NCBI GenBank assembly: GCA_000004985.1
Contig: GG738894.1
DNA length: 64,000 nucleotides
Source: Naegleria gruberi
Taxonomy: Eukaryota
Direction: 5' to 3' (one strand)
Of this stretch, positions 1 through 12,000 are shown piece after piece; position 1 is the stretch's first letter, and each line of letters starts with the position of its first letter. The notes beneath the pieces are model-generated. The model saw only the letters and a list, made by a program, of their open reading frames with translations. It was not told where the DNA came from and ran no database searches. The position numbers and the translations under genes are program-made.

Positions 1-290
1 CAAACCCAAACCCAAACCCAAACCCAAACCCAAACCCAAACCCAAACCCAAACCCAAACCCAAACCCAAACCCAAACCCAAACCCAAACCCAAACCCAAA
101 CCCAAACCCAAACCCAAACCCAAACCCAAACCCAAACCCAAACCCAAACCCAAACCCAAACCCAAACCCAAACCCAAACCCAAACCCAAACCCAAACCCA
201 AACCCAAACCCAAACCCAAACCCAAACCCAAACCCAAACCCAAACCCAAACCCAAACCCAAACCCAAACCCAAACCCAAACCCAAACCCA
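1..290. repeat. Telomeric repeat array, about 48 tandem copies of CCCAAA (G-strand TTTGGG), at the start of the window. It marks the physical chromosome end.
   Basis: Perfect 6-nt periodicity caaacc from position 1 to 290, ending abruptly at cgactaaggt. C-rich strand reads 5'->3' on the top strand, as expected for a left telomere. Confidence 0.9.
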
Positions 291-1094
291 CGACTAAGGT
301 CAGACCCAACATTTTGACTTTTATTCATCTTAATTAATTATCTCAATAAATACTCATTATAAATCAATATATTATATATCAATATACTCCAAATTGAATA
401 TATAATCATATTATAACATAATGTTACATCATTATAATGACTTATATAAGTTAATTTCATATAATAGATTAGACAATTAGAATATCAATGAAAACATTTC
501 AAAATCATTTCAAATCAATATATCATCTTATAAATCATGTCAATAACAAAATATATCAGTTTCAAATACTTTGGTATCATTTCAAGAAATTTACTATTCA
601 ACTTGTCAACTGACCTATACTAACATTGAAGATAGAAATCTATACCACTTCAATTCACTTCCAATACATATATACATGATAATTAAATACATTAATATCA
701 TTTTGACATTCATCCATATCATACATGGTACATGGCTGATCCACTTGATACCTATAGGGATGTGACAATGACATCCACTATACAGATCATCATGAAACTG
801 GTACAGGACCTTACTAATGGTGAATAAACACTACTGTATCAGTTTCATGACAATTTGAAATCATTCAACATGTCAGGAGTGTAATCATGGGAATTATAAA
901 TGTCAAGATAATCAAATCATATTAATTTTAAAATCTTTCAATTACAATATCATATATAGATCAATTAATCATGGTATATCAATAATTGGTATTGAATTTC
1001 ATATCAATTCATTCAAACCTTAATGACCTATCCTTAGATGACCAACTCAATTTTAAACTATCATGAATCATATAACTATTGATATCATTGTGTT
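291..1094. other. Subtelomeric, extremely AT-rich non-coding region
   Basis: No convincing ORF. Only one low-complexity 64-aa ORF. Very low GC; lies between the telomere array and the assembly gap. Confidence 0.5.
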
Positions 1095-3284
1095 NNNNNN
1101 NNNNNNNNNNNNNNNNNNNNNNNNNNNNNNNNNNNNNNNNNNNNNNNNNNNNNNNNNNNNNNNNNNNNNNNNNNNNNNNNNNNNNNNNNNNNNNNNNNNN
1201 NNNNNNNNNNNNNNNNNNNNNNNNNNNNNNNNNNNNNNNNNNNNNNNNNNNNNNNNNNNNNNNNNNNNNNNNNNNNNNNNNNNNNNNNNNNNNNNNNNNN
1301 NNNNNNNNNNNNNNNNNNNNNNNNNNNNNNNNNNNNNNNNNNNNNNNNNNNNNNNNNNNNNNNNNNNNNNNNNNNNNNNNNNNNNNNNNNNNNNNNNNNN
1401 NNNNNNNNNNNNNNNNNNNNNNNNNNNNNNNNNNNNNNNNNNNNNNNNNNNNNNNNNNNNNNNNNNNNNNNNNNNNNNNNNNNNNNNNNNNNNNNNNNNN
1501 NNNNNNNNNNNNNNNNNNNNNNNNNNNNNNNNNNNNNNNNNNNNNNNNNNNNNNNNNNNNNNNNNNNNNNNNNNNNNNNNNNNNNNNNNNNNNNNNNNNN
1601 NNNNNNNNNNNNNNNNNNNNNNNNNNNNNNNNNNNNNNNNNNNNNNNNNNNNNNNNNNNNNNNNNNNNNNNNNNNNNNNNNNNNNNNNNNNNNNNNNNNN
1701 NNNNNNNNNNNNNNNNNNNNNNNNNNNNNNNNNNNNNNNNNNNNNNNNNNNNNNNNNNNNNNNNNNNNNNNNNNNNNNNNNNNNNNNNNNNNNNNNNNNN
1801 NNNNNNNNNNNNNNNNNNNNNNNNNNNNNNNNNNNNNNNNNNNNNNNNNNNNNNNNNNNNNNNNNNNNNNNNNNNNNNNNNNNNNNNNNNNNNNNNNNNN
1901 NNNNNNNNNNNNNNNNNNNNNNNNNNNNNNNNNNNNNNNNNNNNNNNNNNNNNNNNNNNNNNNNNNNNNNNNNNNNNNNNNNNNNNNNNNNNNNNNNNNN
2001 NNNNNNNNNNNNNNNNNNNNNNNNNNNNNNNNNNNNNNNNNNNNNNNNNNNNNNNNNNNNNNNNNNNNNNNNNNNNNNNNNNNNNNNNNNNNNNNNNNNN
2101 NNNNNNNNNNNNNNNNNNNNNNNNNNNNNNNNNNNNNNNNNNNNNNNNNNNNNNNNNNNNNNNNNNNNNNNNNNNNNNNNNNNNNNNNNNNNNNNNNNNN
2201 NNNNNNNNNNNNNNNNNNNNNNNNNNNNNNNNNNNNNNNNNNNNNNNNNNNNNNNNNNNNNNNNNNNNNNNNNNNNNNNNNNNNNNNNNNNNNNNNNNNN
2301 NNNNNNNNNNNNNNNNNNNNNNNNNNNNNNNNNNNNNNNNNNNNNNNNNNNNNNNNNNNNNNNNNNNNNNNNNNNNNNNNNNNNNNNNNNNNNNNNNNNN
2401 NNNNNNNNNNNNNNNNNNNNNNNNNNNNNNNNNNNNNNNNNNNNNNNNNNNNNNNNNNNNNNNNNNNNNNNNNNNNNNNNNNNNNNNNNNNNNNNNNNNN
2501 NNNNNNNNNNNNNNNNNNNNNNNNNNNNNNNNNNNNNNNNNNNNNNNNNNNNNNNNNNNNNNNNNNNNNNNNNNNNNNNNNNNNNNNNNNNNNNNNNNNN
2601 NNNNNNNNNNNNNNNNNNNNNNNNNNNNNNNNNNNNNNNNNNNNNNNNNNNNNNNNNNNNNNNNNNNNNNNNNNNNNNNNNNNNNNNNNNNNNNNNNNNN
2701 NNNNNNNNNNNNNNNNNNNNNNNNNNNNNNNNNNNNNNNNNNNNNNNNNNNNNNNNNNNNNNNNNNNNNNNNNNNNNNNNNNNNNNNNNNNNNNNNNNNN
2801 NNNNNNNNNNNNNNNNNNNNNNNNNNNNNNNNNNNNNNNNNNNNNNNNNNNNNNNNNNNNNNNNNNNNNNNNNNNNNNNNNNNNNNNNNNNNNNNNNNNN
2901 NNNNNNNNNNNNNNNNNNNNNNNNNNNNNNNNNNNNNNNNNNNNNNNNNNNNNNNNNNNNNNNNNNNNNNNNNNNNNNNNNNNNNNNNNNNNNNNNNNNN
3001 NNNNNNNNNNNNNNNNNNNNNNNNNNNNNNNNNNNNNNNNNNNNNNNNNNNNNNNNNNNNNNNNNNNNNNNNNNNNNNNNNNNNNNNNNNNNNNNNNNNN
3101 NNNNNNNNNNNNNNNNNNNNNNNNNNNNNNNNNNNNNNNNNNNNNNNNNNNNNNNNNNNNNNNNNNNNNNNNNNNNNNNNNNNNNNNNNNNNNNNNNNNN
3201 NNNNNNNNNNNNNNNNNNNNNNNNNNNNNNNNNNNNNNNNNNNNNNNNNNNNNNNNNNNNNNNNNNNNNNNNNNNNNNNNNNNN
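1095..3284. other. Assembly gap, a run of 2,190 N
   Basis: Continuous n characters. All ORFs in the track spanning this interval are artefacts of N translated as X. Confidence 0.99.
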
Positions 3285-4602
3285 CATTAGCAAAATAAAC
3301 TTCACCATTTGCTTCAGTGATACAACTAATAATAGTACCTAAACTTGAATTATAAGCAATAGTTCCATCAGTTAAAATTGAAAATTCTGGAAGAGTTACT
3401 CCAGTTCCAGCTTTAAATGTTGCATTTCCATTTGTTTTGTTCAATTCGAATAGCATCATATCATGAGTTGCAAAATAGTTGGTGGAAAGGAATTGAGGAG
3501 AAATGTTGAGAGAAGTTGCTAGCGCAGTTTCTTGACCAAGTGGAATACCAGCAAAATTTTTCGTGTTACAATTTCCAGCTAGGATTTTCCTTTCACCTTC
3601 TTTCGTATAATTATAAACAACCTTTGTCGATTCAGAAACAATCAAATTATCATACATATCCAATAGAACACTATATGGCTTTACCAAACCAGAAACTAGA
3701 ACGCTCTTTGTAAAGGTAGTATCAAGACTAATGTTCAAACTAATCACATTTCCACCATTTTGCTCCACAACATAAACCAAATCTCCTTTTCTAAACATAT
3801 TTCCAGGAAAATTTAAACCTATTTCCTCATGTTTCAATAAAATTGAATTTTCATTTGAAATGTCATATTTAGAAACCTTTCCCGTAGATCCTTGTGAAAT
3901 TATTAAATATTTTCCAGTGGATAGAATTGAATTTGGTCCTCCAAGAATTATTATTGTTGTTGTAATTCTAGTTTGTAAATTAAATTGTCGTATGGCATTG
4001 TTGCTATTGTCAGTAATAAACATTAAATTGTCATCATCTGACAAGGCAACTGACAGAGTTGACGCAAAGAGAACAGAATATGGATCGGTGCTATCATTAT
4101 ATCCAGATGAACCACATTTACCAACAATAGTTGAAATGTTGCCAGTTGTCAAATCAACTCCACGAACACAATTACTAGAACTGACAAAATATAACCAAGT
4201 TTCATTCTTATTAAGTACCATTCCTGTTGGTGCATTCAATTTAGCAGATGTAGCAACAATATTGTTTCCATCATCTCCAGATGCATAACTTCCAGCAAAG
4301 ACAGAGATTACTCCAGTGTTTCCATCAACTTTTCGAATAACATGGTATGTACTATCAGACATGTAGACGGTTCCATCTTTTGCTTGTACAGTATGGGCAA
4401 TTCTAGCAAGACATGACATGCTTGCTGGAAATCCATCACCAAACTGTCTGGTGTATGCTAATGTAATTGGTGAGGTTACACCAGCAAATATGGACACATC
4501 ATATTTAACATCAGATGATGACGCACAAATTAGAGTTGTGTGGAAACTCAGCCAAGTGGTGGCCACAAGGAGAAAACTAATTAGAAGAGCGGATAATGAC
4601 AT
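3285..4602 (-). CDS. Secreted NHL-repeat (six-bladed beta-propeller) protein. The N-terminal about 440 aa are present and the C-terminus is lost in the gap.
   Basis: ATG at 4602..4600 (MSLSALLISFLLVATTWLS, signal-peptide-like) preceded by an A-run. Repeated G/N/D-rich blocks with 'Y.D..NH.IRK.D'-like units typical of NHL repeats. ORF runs uninterrupted into the N gap. Confidence 0.55.
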
Positions 4603-4859
4603 TTTTTTTTGAAGACTAAGAAAGTAATTGTGTGGCAAAGAATTTAGGAGTGTTTCCACCAATTCCTGGTGGTTCTAACATGAGAACAAACCATAGTAAC
4701 TGTTTCCATGGATTGATGGAAAAGAACATGTGTGGTACTTGGTTTCTTTTAGAAGTGTCAAAACTAATGTGATTTGGAAAGTATTAATCAAGCCAATAAC
4801 AATCTTCCAAATTTTATGAAGAGTTTGACAAATTGATTGAATATTAATTTTTGATTAGT

Positions 4860-7800
4860 TTACTTTATTCTGACTTTCTCTTTGATTTGATTGAGTGTAT
4901 CAACCCATTCATCACGTTCTTCCTTAGTTTGAGCAGCTAAAAAGTAATCACGAGTTGGAATTTCAATTCTAAATACGAAACGTTTCTTACTTGATCTTTC
5001 AGGAATCATTTCAATATTCAAAACCTGTCTCATATCAATACATCCTAATTGCTTATCGAATTTATCTGCTTCATCATTGAAATAATAAACATAAAATCCT
5101 TCAATTCTAAAGTAACGCTTCTTATACATGTTTAGTTTAGGACCTTTCTTTTCCAAATAACCATGCTTGTCAGCATTCATTGAAGATGGTTTGACACCAA
5201 ACTTCTTTTCCAAAATGTTAGGTCTTGGTGAACGAACATAAACTTCTTCCTCTTGTGTAATTACTGATTTTCTATCAACAAATGGTTGAGAAACATCAAA
5301 GGTTGAAAGTTGATTGGAAAGTGTTGTCAAATGTTTCTTATTGACAGTTACTGACATACGTTGTGAAAGTTTTTCCTTTTCATGTTGAGAGTTAGATCTA
5401 GATGTTTGAGCGTCCATCTTTTTAGGTTGAATAACATCACCTCCTTTTTTAGGTTGTTGGAATGATTCAATCTTTACGCCTGTATACTTTTTGAGGAATT
5501 TAATTTCACGTTCCAATGTTTCTACCTTTTCACGTTCTTGTAATAGGAGAATTGTATTCGATTCTTGAGATTGTTGGAGTGTAGAGAGAGTCTTTTTACG
5601 ATAGGCCTTAATCTTCTTATATTTTTGATAGACTTCATCCTTTTCTTGTTCCAATTTCTTCATTTGTTCCTTCAAGTTTTCTTCAGCATCTTTGAGAGTG
5701 GTAATTTCCTTTCTGAGTTGTTCAACTTGTTCCATATCGGTGGATTGCTTCTTGCTAATTTCTTCCTTTAACTTTTTGAGTTCAGTTTCAAGATTTTGAA
5801 TTTGCTCCTTGTGCATCTTTTCAGTTTCTTGAGCTTTCATCTTGGAAATTTCCATTTCTGTATTCTTTTTACGAGCAGTATTGAGTTTGACAGTTAAATC
5901 ATCAATAGTTTCTTTGAGTTTTTGACTATTGCCCTTATCTTCGAATGCAGATCTTAGTGAAGCGGTTGTGGAAGAGTTGGCACTTATGGATAATCTGGAA
6001 GATTTTTCTACAGCAGTTTGATATTGATTGAACAATTGTTGATATTCGTAAATCTTATCGTCAAGACTCTTCAAAGCAATTTCAGCTGCTTTTTCTCTTG
6101 CCTTTAAGTTTTCTCTCTTGGCCAAATTGAGTTGTTCCATCAACAGTTTGTTCTTGCTCTTCATCTTTTCGATTAATTGATGAGATGGATCATCAGAAGA
6201 AAGTTGTGAAATTTCCTTAGCATTATGATTATCTTCATCTTCAACAAGTTTCTTTTCAATTTGAGTTAGTTTTTCACTAATCTCTTCGTACATCTTTTTG
6301 TAATCTTCGCATTGAATCTTCAACACATTGACAGTTTCAGCATCAATTTCCATCTTTTTCACAGATAAACTAGATTCCAATCCAGAGCTATTAGATTGTG
6401 TGACTGAGAAACGTGACGAAAGAACTGAATTGGTTGGCTTGGTGGTAGATGCGGAAGTTTCTAACTTTTTCACAGCTTCTTTCAATTCATTGATTTCCTT
6501 AGTCTTTTGAGCAAGCTTTTCATTCAATTCTTCCTTTGTAGAATCAGATTGAATGAGTTTTTCCTTCAATTCTTGAATTTCTGCATGAGTTTTTTGTAAA
6601 CTCTCATCGTGGCGAATCTTTTCCTGTTCTAAACTTTCCTTCAATTCGGTAACTTGTCTAAACTTCTTTTCCAAATCTTCAAGTGATGTTTCAGCAGTGC
6701 TTGCTTGTTTCTTATATTGAACTACAGCTTCGTGTTCCTTCTTTAAATTGGCTTCCAATTCGGTGACTTTAGTTTTCAACGAACTCACTTGTTCATTCAA
6801 TTCATGTTTCTCAGTGAGGACCTTCTTGAAAAGAGTATCAGAAATTTCTGCCTTTTCTTCATTAACAGGGGATGGTGGAGAAGAAGGTGTCATTGGTGAT
6901 TCATCAACTGGTGTTGATGGCTCCTTCTTGACTTCGAAAGAAGAGACAGGTGTTGATGGCAGTTGTTGCCTTTGTGGAACAGGTGGTGCTTGTTCAGGTT
7001 TTACATTACTACTACTAATTGCTGTTGATGAAGAAGTTGATGGTTGACTTATTGGGGTAATTTCGGCAACACCCTCCAAACTGACATAATTGATAGAAAC
7101 CTCACTTGACATTTCACACAGTAAATTGCCCAAATTCAAATTTGGAACTGTTTGCCTTTCAACAAGGGCAGGTAATGATGATTGTGACAAGGTAATAAAT
7201 CCGAAACTTGCTGTATTGATGAAAATTCGCGAGAATAACAGACAACGAAGAGTTGTTTCGAAATAATCAAACTCATCTGATTCACTGTGAATTGCTTCTG
7301 TTACTTGTTGGAAAGTTCTGAATCCTGTTGGACGTGTTTGTTTGTGTGGATCAGTTGATGATTCAGCATCAATATCAATAATGGTCAATCGACCTTCTTT
7401 GGTGAGTTTAGTATTGGTATCACTTTGAAGAAGTTTAATTTCAAAGAAAAGTGAACTATGTTCTATAATATTTCAATGAATCATTCAAGTTGAAAAGAAT
7501 AATGAATAGTTTAAATTGTTTTCTAATATAAATTTCCAATAAAAAAACAAACCTTTTGATCTCTTTTCTAAAGATTTTGAAATAAATTGGAATAGTTCAA
7601 CTTCACTCGTCACAAATTCTTCATGTAATCCAGCAATTTCAACACTATTCGTTTCATCATTGACCAATACTTCCAAATGTGCAGAATTGACATCATTTGC
7701 CAAATCATGATCAGCCAGTAAATCAGTCATGAGTGCTTCACCATTATCCAAACCACAAATTTCAAAACTTGTCATGGAAACTGAAAATTCAATTTCAGGT

Positions 7801-8551
7801 GGCGAATTATTAACAATAAAATCAAAAATTGCTCTCACAACTCTTGAAGCAAAACCTAAATTTGGTGTTGAAGCAACTGCATTTTTACCAAACAGAGTGA
7901 ATGTTTTACCTGTTTGTTCAGCACCAAATGCAAATATTGTGCAATTAATGCCATCTGTCAATCGTTGCACTATCTCAGTTCCGTATTGTGTTGAATTGTA
8001 AACTTCTTCTTGTGTTGCTGTTGCTTTTAAAAATTTATCAAACATGTATTCTGGAGGTTCAGTGGATCCATTCTAATCAATAATATTCGAAAGGTTCAAT
8101 TTATACGAATGGTTCGTTTTTAGTTTTTGAAAATGCCATAAAAATAAATATGGAAGTTGGTGATCACACCATGACACACGACAATCATTTGATATTGTGT
8201 TGTGAATAAAAATTTCGTTACTTTCGAATACTACGTACCTTGATCAGAAAATTCTTTCCGTTCTATTGTTGTTGAAGAAGTTTTTAAATGATGATAAAGT
8301 TGTTGTCATGATGATTCCAGTATGTAAAGTTGAAACGTTAGTGTGAGATAGAGTAGTAGTTATTATCGCAGTAATATTTATCAGATATTCCATATAAACG
8401 AAACCATTCGAATAATAAAAAATAAACGTACTTTATGAAAGGCTACACAACTTTTTGGTTTATCCTCTCCTGCCATACTTTCTGCATCAGACTTGAGGAA
8501 AGGTCTGAAACGAGGACAAACTTTCACTTGAACGTGTTCTGCTTTGGACAT
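4860..8551 (-). CDS. Kinesin-like protein with N-terminal motor, long coiled-coil stalk and C-terminal PH domain. It is multi-exon.
   Basis: Exon 1 from ATG 8551: MSKAEHVQVKVCPRFRP...AFHK, then GTACGT intron of about 370 nt. Exon 2 (about 8069-7559) has FDKFL..TQEEVY and the divergent P-loop AFGAEQTGKTFTLFG. A 96-nt intron (GTTTGT..ATAG, about 7558-7463) precedes the exon with EHSSLFFEIKL...LTIIDIDAESS (SSRSH/DLAGSE equivalents). About 550 aa of heptad-rich K/E/L sequence follows. The C-terminal 100 aa, GYLEKKG...KKRYF...W, match a PH fold. Stop at 4860. Confidence 0.6.
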
Positions 8552-9034
8552 TTTTTTTAATGATACTTGAAATGTTTCTTGTCAGTGATCAAAGAGCGTA
8601 GCTTCCATTCTGCGTTCACTTTCCAGTTCTGATGATGCAGTAGAGGTAATTACTCAATGCAATGAGGCATTTTGGCGACTCTTACGTTTCGAATAGTTTA
8701 GGTGATGAAAGAAGATATTCCTAATACATAAACACAAGAAGTGATTCATTAATTTTGTTCTTTTTGGACAATAACATTTATTAATTGTTGAGGAATAGAT
8801 TGTTATTATACACCCAGGTTGGGATCCTGTAAACAAATAACCTTCTCTAAAAGTAACCTTTTGGTTTTGCCCTTTCAAAGAGGAAACGGTTTGAAATGCT
8901 GTATTTAGCCAACCCAACCATTATTATGATCATACCGGTCACTTCAATTACAGGTTCAATTCATTATAATGACATTTTGATTCGGATTTGGAAGATGTTG
9001 AATAGAAAACGCGAAAGTTTTGTTGTAAAATTTA

Positions 9035-12000
9035 CTAAGGATGTGTTAGTGAATGTTGTAAAACCTTCTCAATTTCATTTTTAAGCTTATTGAGCATGAT
9101 TGGCTTGTAAAGAACGCTGTCAAATCCAAATTCCTTTAGAGTTTCATAAGTTTCCCAAATATTTGCTGTAATACCAATGATTGGAGTTTTGCTATTTTGC
9201 CCTTGTCGAATCTGGACACTTGCATCTTTTCCATTCATAATTGGCATTAATAGATCCATAAGAATAACCTCATATTTTGATTGTTTACATTTCTCGACTG
9301 AATCCAAGCCATTCTCACAAGAATCCACATTTTCATATCCAATCAATTTCAACAATTTGATAATAACTTTACGATTGATATCATTATCTTCCACAACGAG
9401 GGCTTTCTTCTGAGGAGGTTCAATAGATTTCTCTAAAATATTGGTTGGTGTTAAAAAGAGGTTCGAACTACTTGGAGGAATAATATTCGTTTCACAAGGG
9501 AATAATTTGATATAGTGTAACAGGACATCTACCAACTCTCTAAATCTAACAGGTGATGAAATATAACGTTTGTCATTAAATTGTCCTCTGGCACTAATTG
9601 GAATTGCTAAACATGGTATATTTGAAAAATCTTCAACAGTATTGGCATTATACAATACAATATTATACTTGGTCTTGTCTGCATTCTTACTTATGGCTTC
9701 CAAATCAGATTCGAAAACATTTGAATTTGGGAAGAGGAATTGTAAGTAGGGTTTGATTACTGAACCTGTGAGTGTATTGTGTTTGTCAAGGAGATAAAAT
9801 TCAGGAGTGCAATGATGAATCGACTCGTGCAGTTCCTTTGATAATACTTCAATAGTTCTTTGATTGGATTCAAAGAATTCTGATGAATAATCATCAAAAC
9901 CTGAATAATCCCCAACTAAATTCTTGAGTGGTATTATTATTGTTACCTTGGTATATTCGTCAACTTTACTCTCAATAAATATTCTACCTCCCATCAAGTC
10001 GAGTAAACTCTTTGAAATACTGAGTCCATATCCGTTATTCTCCTTGAAATCTCTTTCCTCATCTTCAATGGCAATATCATTGTTGGTTAAGGACTTTTTG
10101 TAGTATTGCTCAAATATTGGATTGGAACTGTTTTGTATGGTTGAATTGAAAGTTTCTTGATCAACCTTGTAAAATGGCTTTTTAAACAAGTCCTTAGTTT
10201 TGGCCTCTGAAATACCACAACCTGTATCTTTACAAATAAACTTGACATAGGTGTATTCAGGATCTTTCTTGAGGCCAACACGAAGCAAATCCTTATTTGT
10301 GCATTGCTCTGCAGTTAATAGGACGTGTCCCTTGTCAGTATACTTGACTGCATTGCTAAGAATGTTCATTAGTATTTGACAAACTCTCGATTGGTCTCCT
10401 AAAAACATGTACTTTGGTAAGGACTTGAAATTATAGAATGATCCTATGGAAATTCTCTTTTCCTCTGCATTTCTAATGAATACTGCAATCATTGATTCCA
10501 AAATATCGACTAGGTTAATCTTCATTTCATTAAGTTTGATTTTTCCAAGTTCTAAATTTGTCAGTTGTAGTGAAGTAGAGAAAATGTGCAATAATAAATT
10601 AGAATTGTAGTAAATATCATCTAGTGTCTCTCTAAATGATTGACTGTTAAATATTTGACTCTTTTCACTGTTCACAGTCTCATGTTTGAGTAATTGAATG
10701 GAACATAAAATGCCCTGAAGAGGATTTCTGGCTTCATGACTCAAGTTACCAATAAATTTAGTTTTGGCTGTGTTGACAATTTGCTGTTTTAACAATTCCA
10801 ATTGTTTTCTTGCATTATCATCACTTTGTTGTTCCATAATTCGAGAGAACATGTAAGTTCCCACAGTTAGAATGAAATGCAAACCAATAATCTCCAAAAT
10901 TTTGGTTTTCATTTCTTCAAGAATGTATTCATCCATCTTACCTCTAGCATCATACTCCCAAATGTAGGAAATGTAGATTGAAAGACAACATCCAAAAGTT
11001 GCTGTAGCTGTATTAATAAGAGAAAATATTCTCCTATAATAGAAAATATTAACAGATATGATAATTGGGAAAGTTTGCAAAATCCAAAATGGAAAATTAG
11101 GTCCATAGTACGTTTGCACTACAATCCTTCCCATGATTGCAATCAGAGTCCTACAAATATTAATAAGTTCTAGTTTTGGTATTGATTTAATAGTTACTGT
11201 AGAGCATAAAGTATCAATAGTAATATTGAACGACATTTCCACAACAAAACCCAACCAGAAAACGAAATATCCATGTGTAACTGGATTAATAAAAACTAGT
11301 GAAACATAAATAAGTAGGATTGCAATAGCAATCATTAATTTAGGATTTGCTTTTGCTAACTGTTCATGCCTAGATTTGAATTTAATAATTAGAGCTTCAT
11401 CATCCGATAAACTAAACCTCCTGTCTTGTGGTAGAGGTAGAGAAGAAGATGGTGAAGAATCGGGTGTTGAAACAGTTGAAGTACTATTTTCTTCCACTGA
11501 TGTTTTTGTGGCTGTATTGATAGATTGTAAATAGGTAGAAACTTCATGATTATTCAATAGAGAGGACATGAAGAATTTCATAAATCCTCCAGTGAGAGTT
11601 TTCCAATAATATGATGCTGGGTAAGAATTTTCTTCTTCCATATGTTCCGAAGCTTCATTAGCTTCTTGATTGGTGAGAATTAGACTTTCACATGTTGATG
11701 ATACATCACTGCTATCTACTTGACTTGAACTGGATGTTCTTTTTAATTGTTGTTGTTGCTGTTGGGGTGGATGTTGTGAATCTCCTAGAGAGCTGATATG
11801 ACTACCAGAACCAACACCACTCGTTGATTCATATGGTGATGAATTATTGGTAGCACTCGATGTTCTAATCACAATAGGTTCCAAAATACTGTGATCTGTT
11901 AATGATTGATCCTGTTCATAGAAGAGTATAAAACTGTCCTTTCTTTTTTGTTTGTTTCCGACAATCACTTGGTCAATATTACTCAATAATTCATGATGAG

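Noticed and set aside
1-290. Ciliate origin inferred from the G/T-only telomere unit
   Set aside because: Conserved proteins such as the ACOX, the histidine kinase and the kinases terminate at TAA or TGA exactly where homologs end. The standard code is therefore in use, and the introns are GT-AG of 40-100 nt rather than ciliate-type.
1009-3342. Four very long ORFs (up to 1217 aa) on both strands spanning 1063-3342
   Set aside because: They consist almost entirely of X from the N run. Only the 3285-4602 portion of the minus-strand ORF is real coding sequence.
5565-8001. Short plus-strand ORFs (60-100 aa) antisense to the kinesin gene, and similar antisense ORFs inside other genes
   Set aside because: They have low-complexity composition typical of the antisense of AT-rich coding sequence and no start context. 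They overlap strongly supported genes.
9455-9470. GGTTCGAAC, a T-loop-like motif suggesting a tRNA
   Set aside because: It lies inside the well-supported histidine-kinase coding frame. No cloverleaf-compatible flanks are visible.
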